A stretch of 54,291 nt of DNA, counting the filler, from Thelocarpon superellum (Eukaryota): NCBI GenBank assembly GCA_026025795.1. It is 2 parts of 2 records of this genome, joined end to end, with 100 filler letters (N's around TTAATTAATTAA, not from the genome) between each part and the next. Parts side by side here need not be neighbours in the genome. Positions count along the whole stretch, not along the records: positions 1 to 27,113 come from JAPEUG010000251.1; 1 more part is not named here. One strand, given 5' to 3'. Of this stretch, positions 1 to 13,092 are shown in pieces; the first letter of the stretch is position 1, and the number at the start of each line of letters is the position of its first letter. The notes beneath the pieces are model-generated. The model was not told where the DNA came from, searched no databases, and saw nothing but the letters and a program-made list of their open reading frames with translations. Position numbers and translations under genes: made by a program.

Positions 1-1403
1 ACTCCATCCTTGAGGGTGCACTTCCACTTGTTCTTGACGCGCTGCACCTTGTCGTACATGCAGAGCATAATCTGCGTCATATCGTCGTCTTCTTGGTCTT
101 CTGGTGCGTTCTCGTCCGGGTCGTCTAAGTCCGAATTGATTGCGTCTTCGTCGACCTCTTCAGTCTTGTTCAAGTCGTCGAGATTCAAGCGATCTTTGTC
201 GTCCTCGTCGGAATCATCCGAATCGTTGCCGCCGTCGTTTTGAGTCCGTTGAGCCGATGAAGTCGGATGGGTTTCGAGACCGGGAATGGCCGAGGAAATT
301 CCGCGCGACTTCTTCGCGAGTATAGGCCGCTCTGAGAGTGGTAGCATCAATCCACCTCCTTCCATCTGGAGGCCTCGCTCCATGATGTGTCGTCGAAGTA
401 GGTCATCCACTTCCACACGCGCGATCAATTCGTCCCCCCCTTGGGTAGTCCGTCGACCCATTACCGCAGTCCATCCCTTGTCTGCCTCGCCCGCGCCGTC
501 GGTTTGAGCTCCGACCACGCCGTTAGCGGGCTGATTCGATTGAGCCGATCCTGGAAGCGGTGGGGACACTTGAGGATTCGGCGACAATTGCGCACTGGTG
601 GCAGGCCGTGGGACGGGGGGTGGGATCCCGGACTGGATGGCGCCGATGGAGTTTTGTGCCTGGTTACCAAATTTCTGTTGCACCAAGTTGGCAGCGCGTT
701 GTGCGGCCACCTGCGGATTGCTCAGAGACTGCGGCCCACCCTCCGTACCGGGCTCGGTCTTGATGCGAGGGCCAGCCGCATTGCTGCTCAGCGCCGTCGC
801 CGTCGCTGGAAGCGGATTTGAGAGCGGCGGGGCTGGACTAGCCTTGACGCTTGGAGCGTTCGAGGGAACCGGCGGAGGGTTGGCGGCCACGATGGTCGCT
901 GGATTGGGATCCCACGGAAAGTGAGCTACTTGTAGCGACGACAGTTTTCTTTGCCACACCTATCCCAAATGAACGTCAGCGAGTTCCACAACCCCACAAC
1001 CCCATATGCCCAAACTTTTCATCATCATGGATGGAAAGGCGCATGAACATCATCCGTCTCGACTGAACACGTGAAGAACGTCGAAATCACTCCGCTTCAA
1101 AAGGACCCTCAATGGAGAAGCAAAGCCAGGACATGATGCTCATCGATACATTCGATGTTGAAGAGTAACACGGCGAGCGTGCTAAGATGAATCCGCGTGC
1201 GTTCAAAGATAGTGACACACACCTGTTTCAGCTCATCTAATGTGGACGGGTCCACTCCTCCCTCCTCAAAGTCGACCTGTGAGCTCTCGATCACCTCGGC
1301 AATGATGCGCTGATAAATGTTTCCCTGCGATTCACAATCAGCAGGCCGACGGGCAACAATGTCCGAGTCTGGGCGCAGGACTGACCACCAGCTGATTCGA
1401 CAT
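1..1403 (-). CDS. TOA1: Transcription initiation factor IIA large subunit (3' end runs off the window)
   Basis: Spliced N-terminus MSNQLV|GNIYQRIIAEVIESSQVDFEEGGVDPSTLDELKQ|VWQRKLSSLQVAHFPWD (introns ~1385-1325 and 1222-960). C-terminus has an acidic stretch followed by QIMLCMYDKVQRVKNKWKCTLKDG, the TFIIA beta signature. Confidence 0.95.
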
Positions 1404-1852
1404 CTTCTTTGACTCGGTCACATTCACTGTGCATAGGCTCCGTCAAAGACCGGGCACGCGATAGGACCGGGCCGTGAGAGCTTCACCGAAGAGTTCACTG
1501 ATGAGCCTGTACCTAGAGTGAAAGCGAAGGATGAGAGCCAGAGGGAGAGCGTTGGAGTTGTGGCGACGGGCGAGCTCAGCCGGATGAGAGCGAATTTCCT
1601 CACGCCCCACAGTCACCACCCCTCATGATCCCCTCTCCTGAGGCTGTCCGTTTCACTCAAGCCTCACATATGTCGTAATATCTTGGCCGATCAAGAGAGC
1701 AGAAGGAGGCCGGAATATAATGTGGGACGTATGGCTCCGCAACGAGCGGTATCTTACATGGGTGGTCTCCCATCTCTCTCTTGGACGTTGCGTCCCCCAC
1801 CGCGCCCGGATTTTGCTGACTAAGACGAACGGCTCAGGCCGCAACACCAGGC

Positions 1853-1885
1853 CCACCACCACCACCACCACCACCACCCACCACC
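1853..1885. repeat. (CAC)n trinucleotide microsatellite
   Basis: About 10 CAC units with one interruption, between the CDC20 stop and the TOA1 start. Confidence 0.9.
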
Positions 1886-2109
1886 GACGTGGTGAGAGAT
1901 GACTCCCTGGAGTGGCGTACGACGTACGGATACAGAGTGAAGTATCGAGCGTGGAGAACATCAATGGGACAAAGAATGACTTGAGTTGGAGCCCTAGTTG
2001 GTTCTCGATCAAAGTATGCGCCATCCATCCACCCGCTGTGTCGCCCGCTAACCCGCCCGCAGTGATGCCACAGAAAGGAGAGGACAGGAAGACCATTCTA
2101 CATCTTGTC

Positions 2110-4022
2110 TCATCGAATGGTCATCTGCTTTGTAGTCTCCACTCCTTTCTGGACCAACCCGCTTTCTCGTGCGGCGCCGCTGGGTCCCGGCTTCTTCTCG
2201 AAGATCTTCCAGAACTTTAAACTCTCGTCGGCGGCTGTGGTGCTCATTAGTCATGGGTTCATTCGAGCACAAAGTCGTGACCCTTACCTGCTGTCGCCAG
2301 CATCTGACCATCCGGGCTCAGGGAGCTGTGCAAGACTCGCGTCTCGTGTGCCGGGATCTCAACGTTGCGGACCAGGGTAGGATAGCTCCAGATGCTCAAG
2401 GAGTTGTCGGGGAAGCCACTGCAGCTCACGATCTCGCGGTAGTGGGTGCTCCATCGGAGGCTGGTGACCTGCGAGCCCGTATCGATGCTGTTGGTGCGGG
2501 CTCCGGTGGTCGAGTTCCAGAAATGAATGTGTCGATCGTACGACCCACCTCCAGTCGCCAGGAGATTGAGTTGCCACGGGCACCAGCTGAGCGCCTTGAC
2601 GGCTGCGCGATGGTTCGTCTTGGAGAACTTGGGTGCCGCCAGCGACCGGGCGTCCCAGATGGACACCAGATTATCGTTGCCACCGGTCGCCAGCTGCGCA
2701 CCATCCGAGCGCCACTCGAGGCCGCACACCTCCGACGTGTGCGACACCAGTTCCGCCACCTTGTGCTGGGCCACGCGGACATCATGGTTGAAGACGAGCC
2801 CGCTCCGCGCCCCCGTCGAGAGGAGGTGCTTGGACCAACCCATGACACCGACACGGCTCTCGTGGCCGTGCATGCTGCGGAGCTTCGTACCGTCCTCCAC
2901 GTCCCAGATCTGGACCTCGCCTGTGCCGAGACCCACGCCAACGTACGCGCCGTCTCCGCTCCACTTGACGCTGCTGATGTAGGTGTCTGGCGTAGTCTCC
3001 AAGAGACAGTTGACCGTCCCTGTCTCAGCGGACCAGACGTAGACATTACGTTCCAGACCGATGGCCACTTGATTGCCGGAACTCCAATCCAGTAGGTTGA
3101 GATAGTAGTCATCCACCAGCCCCGGGGCGTCCAGCACCCGTTCCGGTGCAGTGAGCACTCGGCGCCGGAACTGGGCCGACGCCGCGCCTGCAGGCTTCAG
3201 CGGCCGATTGTATTGAGACCGAAGGTCGATCGGCTTCGTCGATTCCGGCGCCGCGGGTTTGAACGCGAGGATGCGCGTGTTGAGCGAGACACCGCATGCC
3301 GATGCCAGCGACGACTCATATGCGAGCGTGTCAGGGGTGGGTCGCGCGTACGACTGGGTCGGTTCGGCCTCATCCAGATGGAGCCCGTCAAGCGCGGCCG
3401 TTGCCTCGTCGGTCGTGATGCGACCGCCAAAATCAAAGGCGCTTGCAGCCTCCGCCAACGCCACCGACCCCTCGCCGGCGCTCGTCTTCGGACGTTGACT
3501 ATCGTGATCGAGCTTGGCAGTGCCGGCAGTCGAGATAGCGTCGCTCGCGGCACGGTTGGGAATGAAGCGATCGCCCACATTATGGGCCAGCCGCAGCGTC
3601 GTCTTATGGGGACGGGCACGGAGGGTAGCCTCGCGGCGGGATCGCTCTTTCGATGGCGTTTGCCCCACAGTAGATCCAGTGCCCGTCAATGCCCAGTCCG
3701 ATACGCCCAGCTCCAGACGACGGGGCGACTTGGTCGAGCGCGCGATGTTAGACTTGGGCGAGTCACGAGCTGACTGCTTCGAAATCGATCGTGAAAAGAA
3801 TGACGAGCGGCTGGCGCTGTAGGTTGGCTGTGATGAGATCCGCCCATTCTCCTGTCCGTGTTTGCTTGGGGTGAAGGGGGAGCTGTTGCCGGAGAGATTG
3901 GTCGCTAGACTTGTCGTGCGGGTGCGAGGAGAGGGCGTGAGCGGCATGCGACTCCCAGCCGTCCGGGTGGAGAAGATGCCATGGTGGCTCTTAAGCGGTG
4001 TTGACACCGACGCCGTTGCCAT
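2110..4022 (-). CDS. CDC20: APC/C activator Cdc20/Slp1 (Fizzy WD40)
   Basis: C-box DRFIPNR, PERVLDAPGLVDDYYLNLLDWS and WD40 repeats. After an intron at ~2287-2235 the last exon reads ADESLKFWKIF...KQMTIR*, the C-terminal IR tail. Confidence 0.96.
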
Positions 4023-5086
4023 GGTGTAGAATGAAACAGGATCGATCGACGAACAAATCAATGTGTCGAATCGATGAGGTAAGTATGAATCCGTCGATTG
4101 ACCGACTGTCGTTGTCGTTGTTGTTGATCGTTGCTATGGCGTGTTGGTTCCGGGGTGACGACACAAGATTCCAAGAGTCTCAACTGAATGGATCCTGGAA
4201 CGGTGGTTAGTATTTTCGTTGTGGTGGCGTCGCGGCCGAAGATGTCCGATCAATCGAAGGAGCTTTGCTGATGAAGGCTGGTCACAATCGGGGGGGCGAT
4301 CGACTTGATTCACGAGGCCAGACTCGCGAGAATCAGGGATCTAATGGATTGGAGAGCTTGTCAACAGCTAAAGCTGATGGAGAGGAAAGGAGAGAGGAGG
4401 TGGAGGTGAGGATGGAGGTGGGTTTGGAGATGAGTTGTGGAGTGGAGAGCGAGACGAACGAGCAGCGGCGAAGCGTCCTTCTAAAGCTGCCGAGCGCATA
4501 AACATGAATGTTGGCACGGTGACGATCTCCGGCGATCGTTCACGGCAGTTCCCGCCTGAACGGGGCGCCCGCTGATAACCCGCAAAATGAGATGACTCAG
4601 CCGAACCGGAATCTGCACACCGCGCTAACCGGGTCTAACGATCACGATGTGCCTTTGGTATTCCGAGTTCCCATTCCAACCATACATGGTTCGAATGGGC
4701 TGTTGATGGGCTGATCACAAGCATGAATATGATGATCTCATCCCTTGAAAGATCTTCACTTAAGTGTCTAAAATTTCCCCATAGATGCCTCTATTCTGGG
4801 GTCTTTCTCGGTGCTTGTAATGATTAAGGATTCCTAAGTTACTTGCCGATACCACCAGGCTCGTGACAGCTGTCTCGGGAGTCCGTCTTTCTCGAGAATT
4901 CGGATGAGTCATCCAAATGCCAAGTGCTGTGCATTTATCCACGAGCCACAAGCTGCTCGGCAAGCACCAGCCCCAGTATAGCGTCGGTGGTTGATGATCG
5001 ACGCAGGTAAAGAAATCATGCCTGGTTTGCGACGTCAGTTTCTTTGACATCGTCGACTGTTGTCGACCCAACGCTCCTAGTTAGTC

Positions 5087-7445
5087 ATGGCCAGCCCAGC
5101 CCATGGCTTCGTTAATGCTCCCTCCGCCGCAGTCTTTTCCGCCAACCACAGTCCCGCCAGTCACATCGGCCTCGTCAACCACCCGACGACGACGCCAACG
5201 TCCTCCACCTCCTCCAATAACACCTATCTCATGCCCGTGAGCCCAGTCAAGAGTCCCAGTGGCTCCCACACGGGATACCGACCTAAGGTGTCCCGCACCA
5301 CCGGACACAGCCCCGCTTGCCTCGTCAATGGTTCCGTTACCTACTGCGGTGACGACCAGATCATCGCCTTTGGGGGCTTCGACCAATACACAGATGAAGG
5401 TAAGTCTCCGTCGCTGCGCTCGGGCTGTTTCAACAAAGGATGTGGCTCAGAATGCCGCAGTCTACAACCACGTCCTCAAGCTCGACCTAAGATCATTACG
5501 CTGGACCTTGGTGGATAACTATGGCGACATTCCGGGAGTCCGCATGGGTGAGTGACTCGCCGGGCACGCTGCGACGTACTGTGTGTTAACCTGGCATGCA
5601 GGCCACACCGCCACCCTGTACAAAGGCGACAAGCTCCTCATCTACGGCGGCGAGAATGAGCACCGGGTATACCTCTCCGATGTTATGATGTTCGATCTCA
5701 AAACCGCCCACTGGACCCAGCCCTCCATCAGTGGGCCCATCCCTAAAGGACGTGCGCGACATGCGGCGGCGCTCCATGAAGATAAACTATTCATCGTTGG
5801 CGGAGTCACCGGCCACAGCAACTCGGTGTTGAACGACGTGTGCTACCTGGATCTGCAGACCTGGACCTGGTCTCGCACATGGAGCTTCGTCGGCCGCTTC
5901 GATCACACCGCCTGGGTGTGGGGAGGACGACTGTGGGTATTTGGCGGTCTAGGTGAAGACATGGAGCGCGGCGGAGACATTTGGTGGCTCGATCTAAAAG
6001 GGAACCCGGCTTTTGAAAGCCCCGGCGGCCTAGCCATTACAGATTCCCGCTCCCCGGCCGGTCGAATGCTTGCGAGTCATCGCTCTAGCCATCACTCGAT
6101 CACTCCGCAACCCTCTGGCGGCACTGGGTACGCGGCCAACTCCAGCAGCGTGCAGATCAATCCCTCGTCGGCCGCACGACTGGCGAACCCTCCCACGGCG
6201 CCGGGGGCCATCTCCTCCTTGAAATTCGTCTCCGGTCCCAGCCTGCCCTCGCAGGCCTCTGGCAGCCACTTTCATGTCTACTCATCTGGTACCCTACTCG
6301 ACTTTGTCACCCCCGCTAGCACAATTCGCACGGTGGACTGTGGCTTGTCAGCTCTGGATCTGGACTCACTCCGCTGGCAGAAGCTGGCGGAAGGCGCTGA
6401 AGTGTTCAATCCCGGATACCGCTGGCATTACTGCGCGATGAACGAGGATGGCACCAAAGCCTGGCTCTTGGGCTGCGCGACCGATCTCCAGAACAACGGC
6501 CCCGGCGGCACGCTGGAGGAGGACTTGTGCGACGTGCTGACCATCGATCTCAAACGCTTTGGAATGCTCGGGAGCGATCGGCCCCGGTCGGACACGGGTC
6601 GCGACGCACTGTCCGACCGATATGCGAGCTCGCCTGTAACGGGGCTGGGGCTCGATCTCGCGTGCACCTTCGATCGCCATCCAGATCTGGGTAGTGGGGC
6701 GGACTTCATTATCACCGCACAGCCCGAGGAGGATGGCGGCGAGGCTCGTGACGACGCGTCTGGATCGGGCCCTGACGAGCCGTGGCCCACTGCAAGCGGG
6801 ACGGTGTCGGACCCGATTCATGTGCACAAACTGATCTTGCAAGCGCGCTGGCCGCATTTCCGACGGCTCTGGTCGGCCCAAATGGCAGAGTTCCACACCA
6901 AGAAGATGCACATCCCCGAGCCGTACGCCGTGGTGCGCGCCTTCCTCTACTACCTGTACACCGACAGTATCGCGGGCCAGCCGCGCTTCTGCGCCGACCT
7001 GAACCAGGTCGCTGGGCTTCTGGTCATGGCCAACGTCTATGATATGCCGCGTCTACGACTGCTGTGCGTGCACCGCCTGGGCAAAGAATTAGACGTCGAG
7101 CACGCCGCCGTGATCTGGGAGCGCGCAGGCACAGCCAATGAGGACTGGCTCCGGCGCCGGGCCGCCAGCTTCTGTCTCACGCATTGGGGACGGGTGGTGC
7201 GGACGCATGCCTTTCGGAAGCTGGACCGTCAGAGCTTGATGGAACTCTGCGAAGAGATCGATACCGAGGGACGCGTCGTGGGCGGGCAGGAACTGGAGGT
7301 CGTGGGCGGCTTGGGCGGAGGCCGTTTCGGCGTCGGCGGCCTGGGCGGCGACCATCCTAAGGCCCGTTCCACCAGCGCCGGCCACCCGCTGGGGGACGAA
7401 GGGGAGGGCGATGGCGACGAGGATGAGGGAATGGAGATGAACTGA
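5087..7445 (+). CDS. ral2: Kelch-repeat plus BTB/POZ protein (S. pombe Ral2-like)
   Basis: Kelch repeats (FGGF, GHTATLY..LLIYGG, RHAAAL..LFIVGG, HTAWVWGGRLWVFGG) and a C-terminal BTB (IHVHKLILQARWPHF...FLYYLYTD). Introns 5400-5460 and 5548-5601. Confidence 0.85.
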
Positions 7446-7766
7446 ACGTGCTTGGGCGTTTCACGGGAAAGACGAGGAAGCGGGGCATCATCCATCTTTG
7501 CAGAAATGGCATAGCTACGGCGTTGATGACGAAGAACAGACAGGTCCATGTCTTGGCCGACCCGACTTCGAGTGCGGATCGAGCACCCGTGCCCTCGGAG
7601 AAGAGACGTGTCTCATATTCCATTTCCTCATGTCCACGGAGCGCAATATGATGGGCTGGGCTGGCGGCCGGGCTCTTTCCTTACACCTGCATCTGAACCG
7701 TCACATCGCGCTCGAGGTCTCTGCTGCCACGCTTGCATGTTCCTTTCTTCGCTTGCGCCGATATGC

Positions 7767-7819
7767 GCAGACGCAGACGCAGACGCAGACGCAGATGCAG
7801 ATGCAGATGCAGATGCAGA
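7767..7819. repeat. Compound hexamer microsatellite (GCAGAC)4(GCAGAT)4
   Basis: Read directly from the sequence. Confidence 0.95.
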
Positions 7820-10800
7820 ATGCACATGTCTGAAAGAGGGTACACGCCCTGTTCTTTCGCTACAGGAAGGGCACATGCGGGTCTGACCCACCAGACATCC
7901 AGCCGGGACACCTCCGGAGCACGAGTGACACCTTGCCGAAACATAAGCTCGGCACTTGCCACATTCGGGGGTGAAAGGACCGACCTGGACCCCTCCACCA
8001 ACCTCCCTTGTCCGCGGACAAATCACTAATCACATTCAGACCCAGTGCAGTGGGGGGCGAGCCTCAGGGTACAAGCGCGGTACTTGCCGAAGCGGTGTAC
8101 TCCGTGTTAGCACAAGGACGTCCTTCGTATCACAGCTGTCAACAAACACCAACACCGAAAGGAAGTTTGACGCGGCGGCAAGGGCAGGTGGAGGCGAGGG
8201 GAAGGTTCGCCCGCAGCAGCGGCCACCATCTCGAGTGCCAGGTATTCGGGTGGGAAGCTTCGGATGGGCAGGCACGGAGCGACGACGAGTAACATACAAC
8301 TTCTTCGTACCGCACGCGTACGAGTACACAGGGGTGACCGGCTCGGCGTGAGCTGCCGGCGCGGCTGGGGGACCAGTTCCCAGCCAGCGGCGGCCGCCAC
8401 GAAGAATGACATGCGCTCTTCAGTGGTGCTGCTCCGATCAGAGCGGCCATTCCTGCTTGTCCGGTCATCGGTTCGAGAACCGAATAAGCCACACGTAAGC
8501 ACCGCCCTCTGGCGCTTGGTGTGGGAAGTACGAGGACTCGTACGGGTCTGCGGAACGACTAGGATGAACAACTCCTCCGCCATCCGAGCCGGCCCCTAGT
8601 CGGTTGACAGGGTGCCAGGCAGGGGGTAGCAGGCATGACTCGTGCTGGTTGGTGAGCCACCGTGCCGTTCTTGGGCCGTGCCCGAGCAACAGCACCACTG
8701 CCGACGGTCCGTTCGCTACCAAGATCGAGGCTGCGCTTCATCTTGGTGGTACCACCCCGCCGGTTCACTTTCTATTTACGAGTACTCGTGCGAGTGCGAG
8801 AGGCCCAACCTCCCCCGCCCCTGTCCCCATTCCCTTGCCCTGCGCCTGCGCCTGCGCGGGCGCGAGAGGCCGGACCCGATGCAGTGGCGTGCCACCACGA
8901 CGTCGCCGCGTTGTGAGAAGCCCTCGTTTTGACTAAGAGAAACGCACTTCCATCGTGCAGGCTCATCGATCTCTGCGGTCGGCACACTTAGGCTCCAGCG
9001 TGTATGGCCTGTGAGTACCGCAATTCCACCGTGCCGGTGCCTCGACCGATCGTGCTCCGTGCAGGTTGGGGGCGCCCTCGACCTTTGGCCGCGACGTGGA
9101 AGCATGTCTACGTGGGCTGCATGCAAAAGTCTAAGCGAGACCGGCATTGGGGAAGGGCTGTGGGATATGCGCGGCTAACCCAGCTTGGGGGGGGATGAAT
9201 GAGGGAGGATCAAGAAAGAGGGTGTGTGCCGGTCCATCTACAGACACTCGCCATGTCGGAGATGGGAGTGGAGGTATAATGGGTCACATCCATCCACGCC
9301 CTTCGCTCTCATGCACGGGGACTCGTACATCCTGAGAAGCAGTCACTGCAAGGCTTGGTGCGGCGCAACCCTCGCGCTGATCCGATCGAAGCACAACCCA
9401 CCATGCTGGCTGCGCGCAGGCCTCTCCGGGTGAGATAAGGGTCGCCATGGGAGCGCCACCACATGGCGGCTGCACATCTTGTGCGGCGCCCACACGAATG
9501 TTGTTGTTTTCGTACCTGCTGGGGAAGTGAGGATGGGACCATCGAGTGGCGAGACGAGTACGCATCCAGGGTGAAGAGCATTCGTCGGCGCCGTCGGTCC
9601 TCCATCCCTGACCCTGGCTCCGTAGACCTTTCCTGTTTTCCCCAAACGACATCCTTGCACCCCGCTTTTGCCGCCAGATAAATGCCATCCAGCTACGCCC
9701 CAGGCTCGTGGCCGGATGCGGCAAGCGTCCGTTTACGCATCTGCATCCCCACCCAGCGCTGGAGATTAGTGCGCTGACTCCCCATCGTGACCGCCGACCG
9801 GTCCTGCCGCATCCGGCCATGAGGGACGAAGGCAAGAGGAAAGTAGCCGCCGGCCGATTCACTGCAAGGACGACACGGACTGCAAGGGTGGCCGATCTCC
9901 TGGGCGTGCCCCACAGCATCCGACAGCAACTTACACCATTTTCCTGGCCCAGGCCGTGATCGCGACGGCACACGTGTGGTGACACGACCGGGAAGGCGTA
10001 AGGTCGTGCTACCGAAGAGGCTCCGACGTCGAGGATGAGCAAGGCTGCTAGGCTGCCAGTCAGATCTGCCCGTCTACCACGATCCGGGGGCCCTCTGTCT
10101 GCCTCCACGGACTGGCTGCATCTGCCATGCACCACCAGCTGGGCCGGCCGCCGGCCTGCCATGCCTGGGACCTCGGATCGCCGGGCGGTGCGCAGGCGTG
10201 GACGCGGGCGTGGGCGCGGTTACATCTATTTGCCCTGTGCGGCAGTGTCTCTCTTCGTACAAGTACAAGCACAATATTGCGAGCGACCTAGCCTCCTCCC
10301 CTACGCCCCCTCCCCCCTGCACGCACCGACTTCTCGTACCACCGTGTCGGTCGTGGAGGCACAGACACGGTCCGCGTGGCTCGTCATTGGCCGCTTGGCG
10401 ATCGAGGTCCCATGGTCGTGGGTACGAACTCCCAGGGTCCTGGTTAACGCGAGCAAGCGGGCGCGCCGGCCGAAACGCACCGGCCCACCCTCCTGCTCCA
10501 CCGCCGCGAGCAGTCGAAACTTTCCAGCAACCCGACCGGCGCCGTCGCCCCACTCTGACTGCACTGCTGCTGCGCTGATGCGCACACCACGCGCCCCGCC
10601 GTGCCCGGGAATTGGTCATGGCGGCAGGCTTGGGTGACATTGCACGAGGCCTCGAGACTTCCAGATCGTGACTGCATGCCTCGGTCTGCAGGCGTTGCAC
10701 CCACTTCGACGACGGACCGCCAGCGTCCATCGTCCGTCCTCGCGTACTGAGGAGCCGGAGCGGAAGCTCGTGGCTCACCCCACCGACATTCTCGTCAGAT

Positions 10801-13092
10801 CGTGGTCCGAGGGCTGCGCATCGGGTGACGGCCGGCTGCATCGGCGGTACTCCGTAGATCTCTAGACGCGGGATCGAACAAGGGCACTTTTACTCGTCAC
10901 GCTTCACTGAACCTAGCCGGGCTACGGAGGCCTAGTCGGAAGACAAGCTGGTGGGCTTGGAACCATGGGCCTGCCGACGCCTCCATTGGTTACCGTCGGC
11001 GAGGCCGACGAAGGTCGTGCCGGCGCGTCGCCGCTCGGAGATTGGGCCAGCGACTGCAGCCGGCCGCACCTGGATAGGCTCGCATCCTCCATCCGGCGCG
11101 CGCAGGTGCGCACCCCCGGACAGGTGTGACAATGACGCAGGAGAAGCGTGCCATAGCCAGAGCGAGGACCTGCCCTGGCCCAGACGGGCGGGCGTGTATG
11201 CATGCGTCGTGGGGCGTCACTCGTTGACTAGCCATCGCCAGCAGCAGCTACAGCTGTGACACGCTGTGGCGCTTCACGACATCGCCGCCCAAGAAGGAAG
11301 GGTTCGCATGGCTTGCGGGGGCTGGATGGACCTTCTGAACCTCCTCGCCCCTCCGTCTCTCACTCGTGCGCCGCACACAGGAACGTGGAAAGAGGGACAT
11401 GACACGAATCGAGCGTTTGTACTTCGGCGAGGTCTGGATGGCCTGGAGGGCCTCGATGCGTCCGCGAGCAGATCGTGTTACCCACCACGCCTTCCCCACT
11501 GCCCACTCCCCGTCCCTCCTTGCGACCGGATCCAGACGCTTTTGCGGCGAAGCATCCCACGGCCGTCGCCACGGGGCTCATGGCGGCAGCATCACGGTAC
11601 CACCACGTCTAGGAGGGGGTCGATGCGACGCAATCATATAAACGGTCGCCTGGCAGGCCTGCTAACATGAACTGGGACGGGGAGCGACTTAAGACTCCGG
11701 CGCCGACCACTGAGCTAGTCGAGGCCGAGACGCTACGGGCCCGGAGCGCCATATGCTCTACCGAGCTTCATTCCCGTGTCCGCCGCCAGTGACGCAGCTC
11801 TGACGCCTCTTCCTCTGCTCACTGCCCGCCAAGGGTAAAGCAACTACGACCCAGCAGTCCGGTCGGCCACGGTGCCACCCCTGCTCATCTGGACATGGTG
11901 CACGAGGAGGCGAGGCCATCTTGGCCGCCGTCCTTTCAGGACGGCGGGCGTCAGATCGAAGGATCCCCGTGCGGCGCCCGCTGACTCGACCTGCTCGGTT
12001 CCGGCTCTGGTGGCCCTGGCTTGCTGGCGCGTCCCGTAGCCCACCATCGCACATCGAAGATCGAGCCCGTCTCCCAGACCCTCACCCTCGGGCAGCGTCT
12101 AGTCTATTGGTCCATTGGCGCGCACACAGCGAAGCTATCACGGCCAGGACGGTAACTTTCCCTCCAGCCACGGCCCCTGGCCGCCACCATACCCACCACC
12201 ATCGCGGTGCACCCCTCCTCCAAATCATCACCGAGACACCGTGGAGATGCTCTCGTAGATCATTGACTCACTTGATTCACGCCCGGGCGCCGACACGCAC
12301 AGCCCATGGAAACCCGGCCGTTGCCTTTCTCCTTTCTCGCCTGGACCGTATGTAGACCTTACATCCCTTCCTCGTCTACCCCTCTGGAGTCCCCTACACG
12401 GCGACGCCGCCGCCGCTTCCCCTTCCGCTAATGCCCACCCCACCCCTTCGCCGAAGAACCCTTAGACAGTGCGTTAACCCCAGAGCACGCTACGCTACGT
12501 CCTCGCTCTCACTCCGGCGCACCGCCCAGCTGGTTCTCGCTTCTCGCGTGTTGCCGCCCGCGCGTAAACGAGGGTACAGTACTTAAGACGAATGGCTCGG
12601 GCGCCCTTATGCCCGCCTATCCTCTCCCCTTACCGGACTGCAAGTGCCAAGTGCCAGAGCACGTCGACTAAGTTCGGCCATTCTCCAGCGTTGCGTGCGT
12701 GTTGCGAGTGAAGCCCACCCCCCTCCCACTCTCCCCCCCTCTCAGCCCAATCAGGGCCGAGCCTGACGGCGCACACGCTGTCCATGCTGCTGCTGCGCTG
12801 CTGCGTGCTGCTACGGCTGCGCTGCCTCACGCGTGCTTGACTGCCGGCCTCGCACCGAAAGCCAGGACCGAGTGACTGGTCATCCGCCGCCGCCGCCCGG
12901 CTGCCCCGTCGGTCCCGTTGGTGCATCCTCCCTGGCCCCGGCCGTCAAATTTTGAGCTTCTTCTACTGCCCACGCCCACCCACCTCCATTAATTCCTTCC
13001 CTCCCTTCCTCGCGTTGTCGCTTCCGCTCTCGTGTGCGTCCTTCCACACACCCGCTGCTCTCGCCTGCGAGCAGCCTCAGCTTGCGCACTTC

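Noticed and set aside
975..1030. C/D snoRNA (ATGATGA...CTGA) in the TOA1 intron
   Set aside because: Only ~50 nt apart, the CTGA coincides with the branch site, and there is no terminal stem.
7446..13000. Numerous 100-290 aa ORFs upstream of laeA
   Set aside because: Arg/Pro/Ala-rich with no recognisable motifs; expected by chance at high GC.
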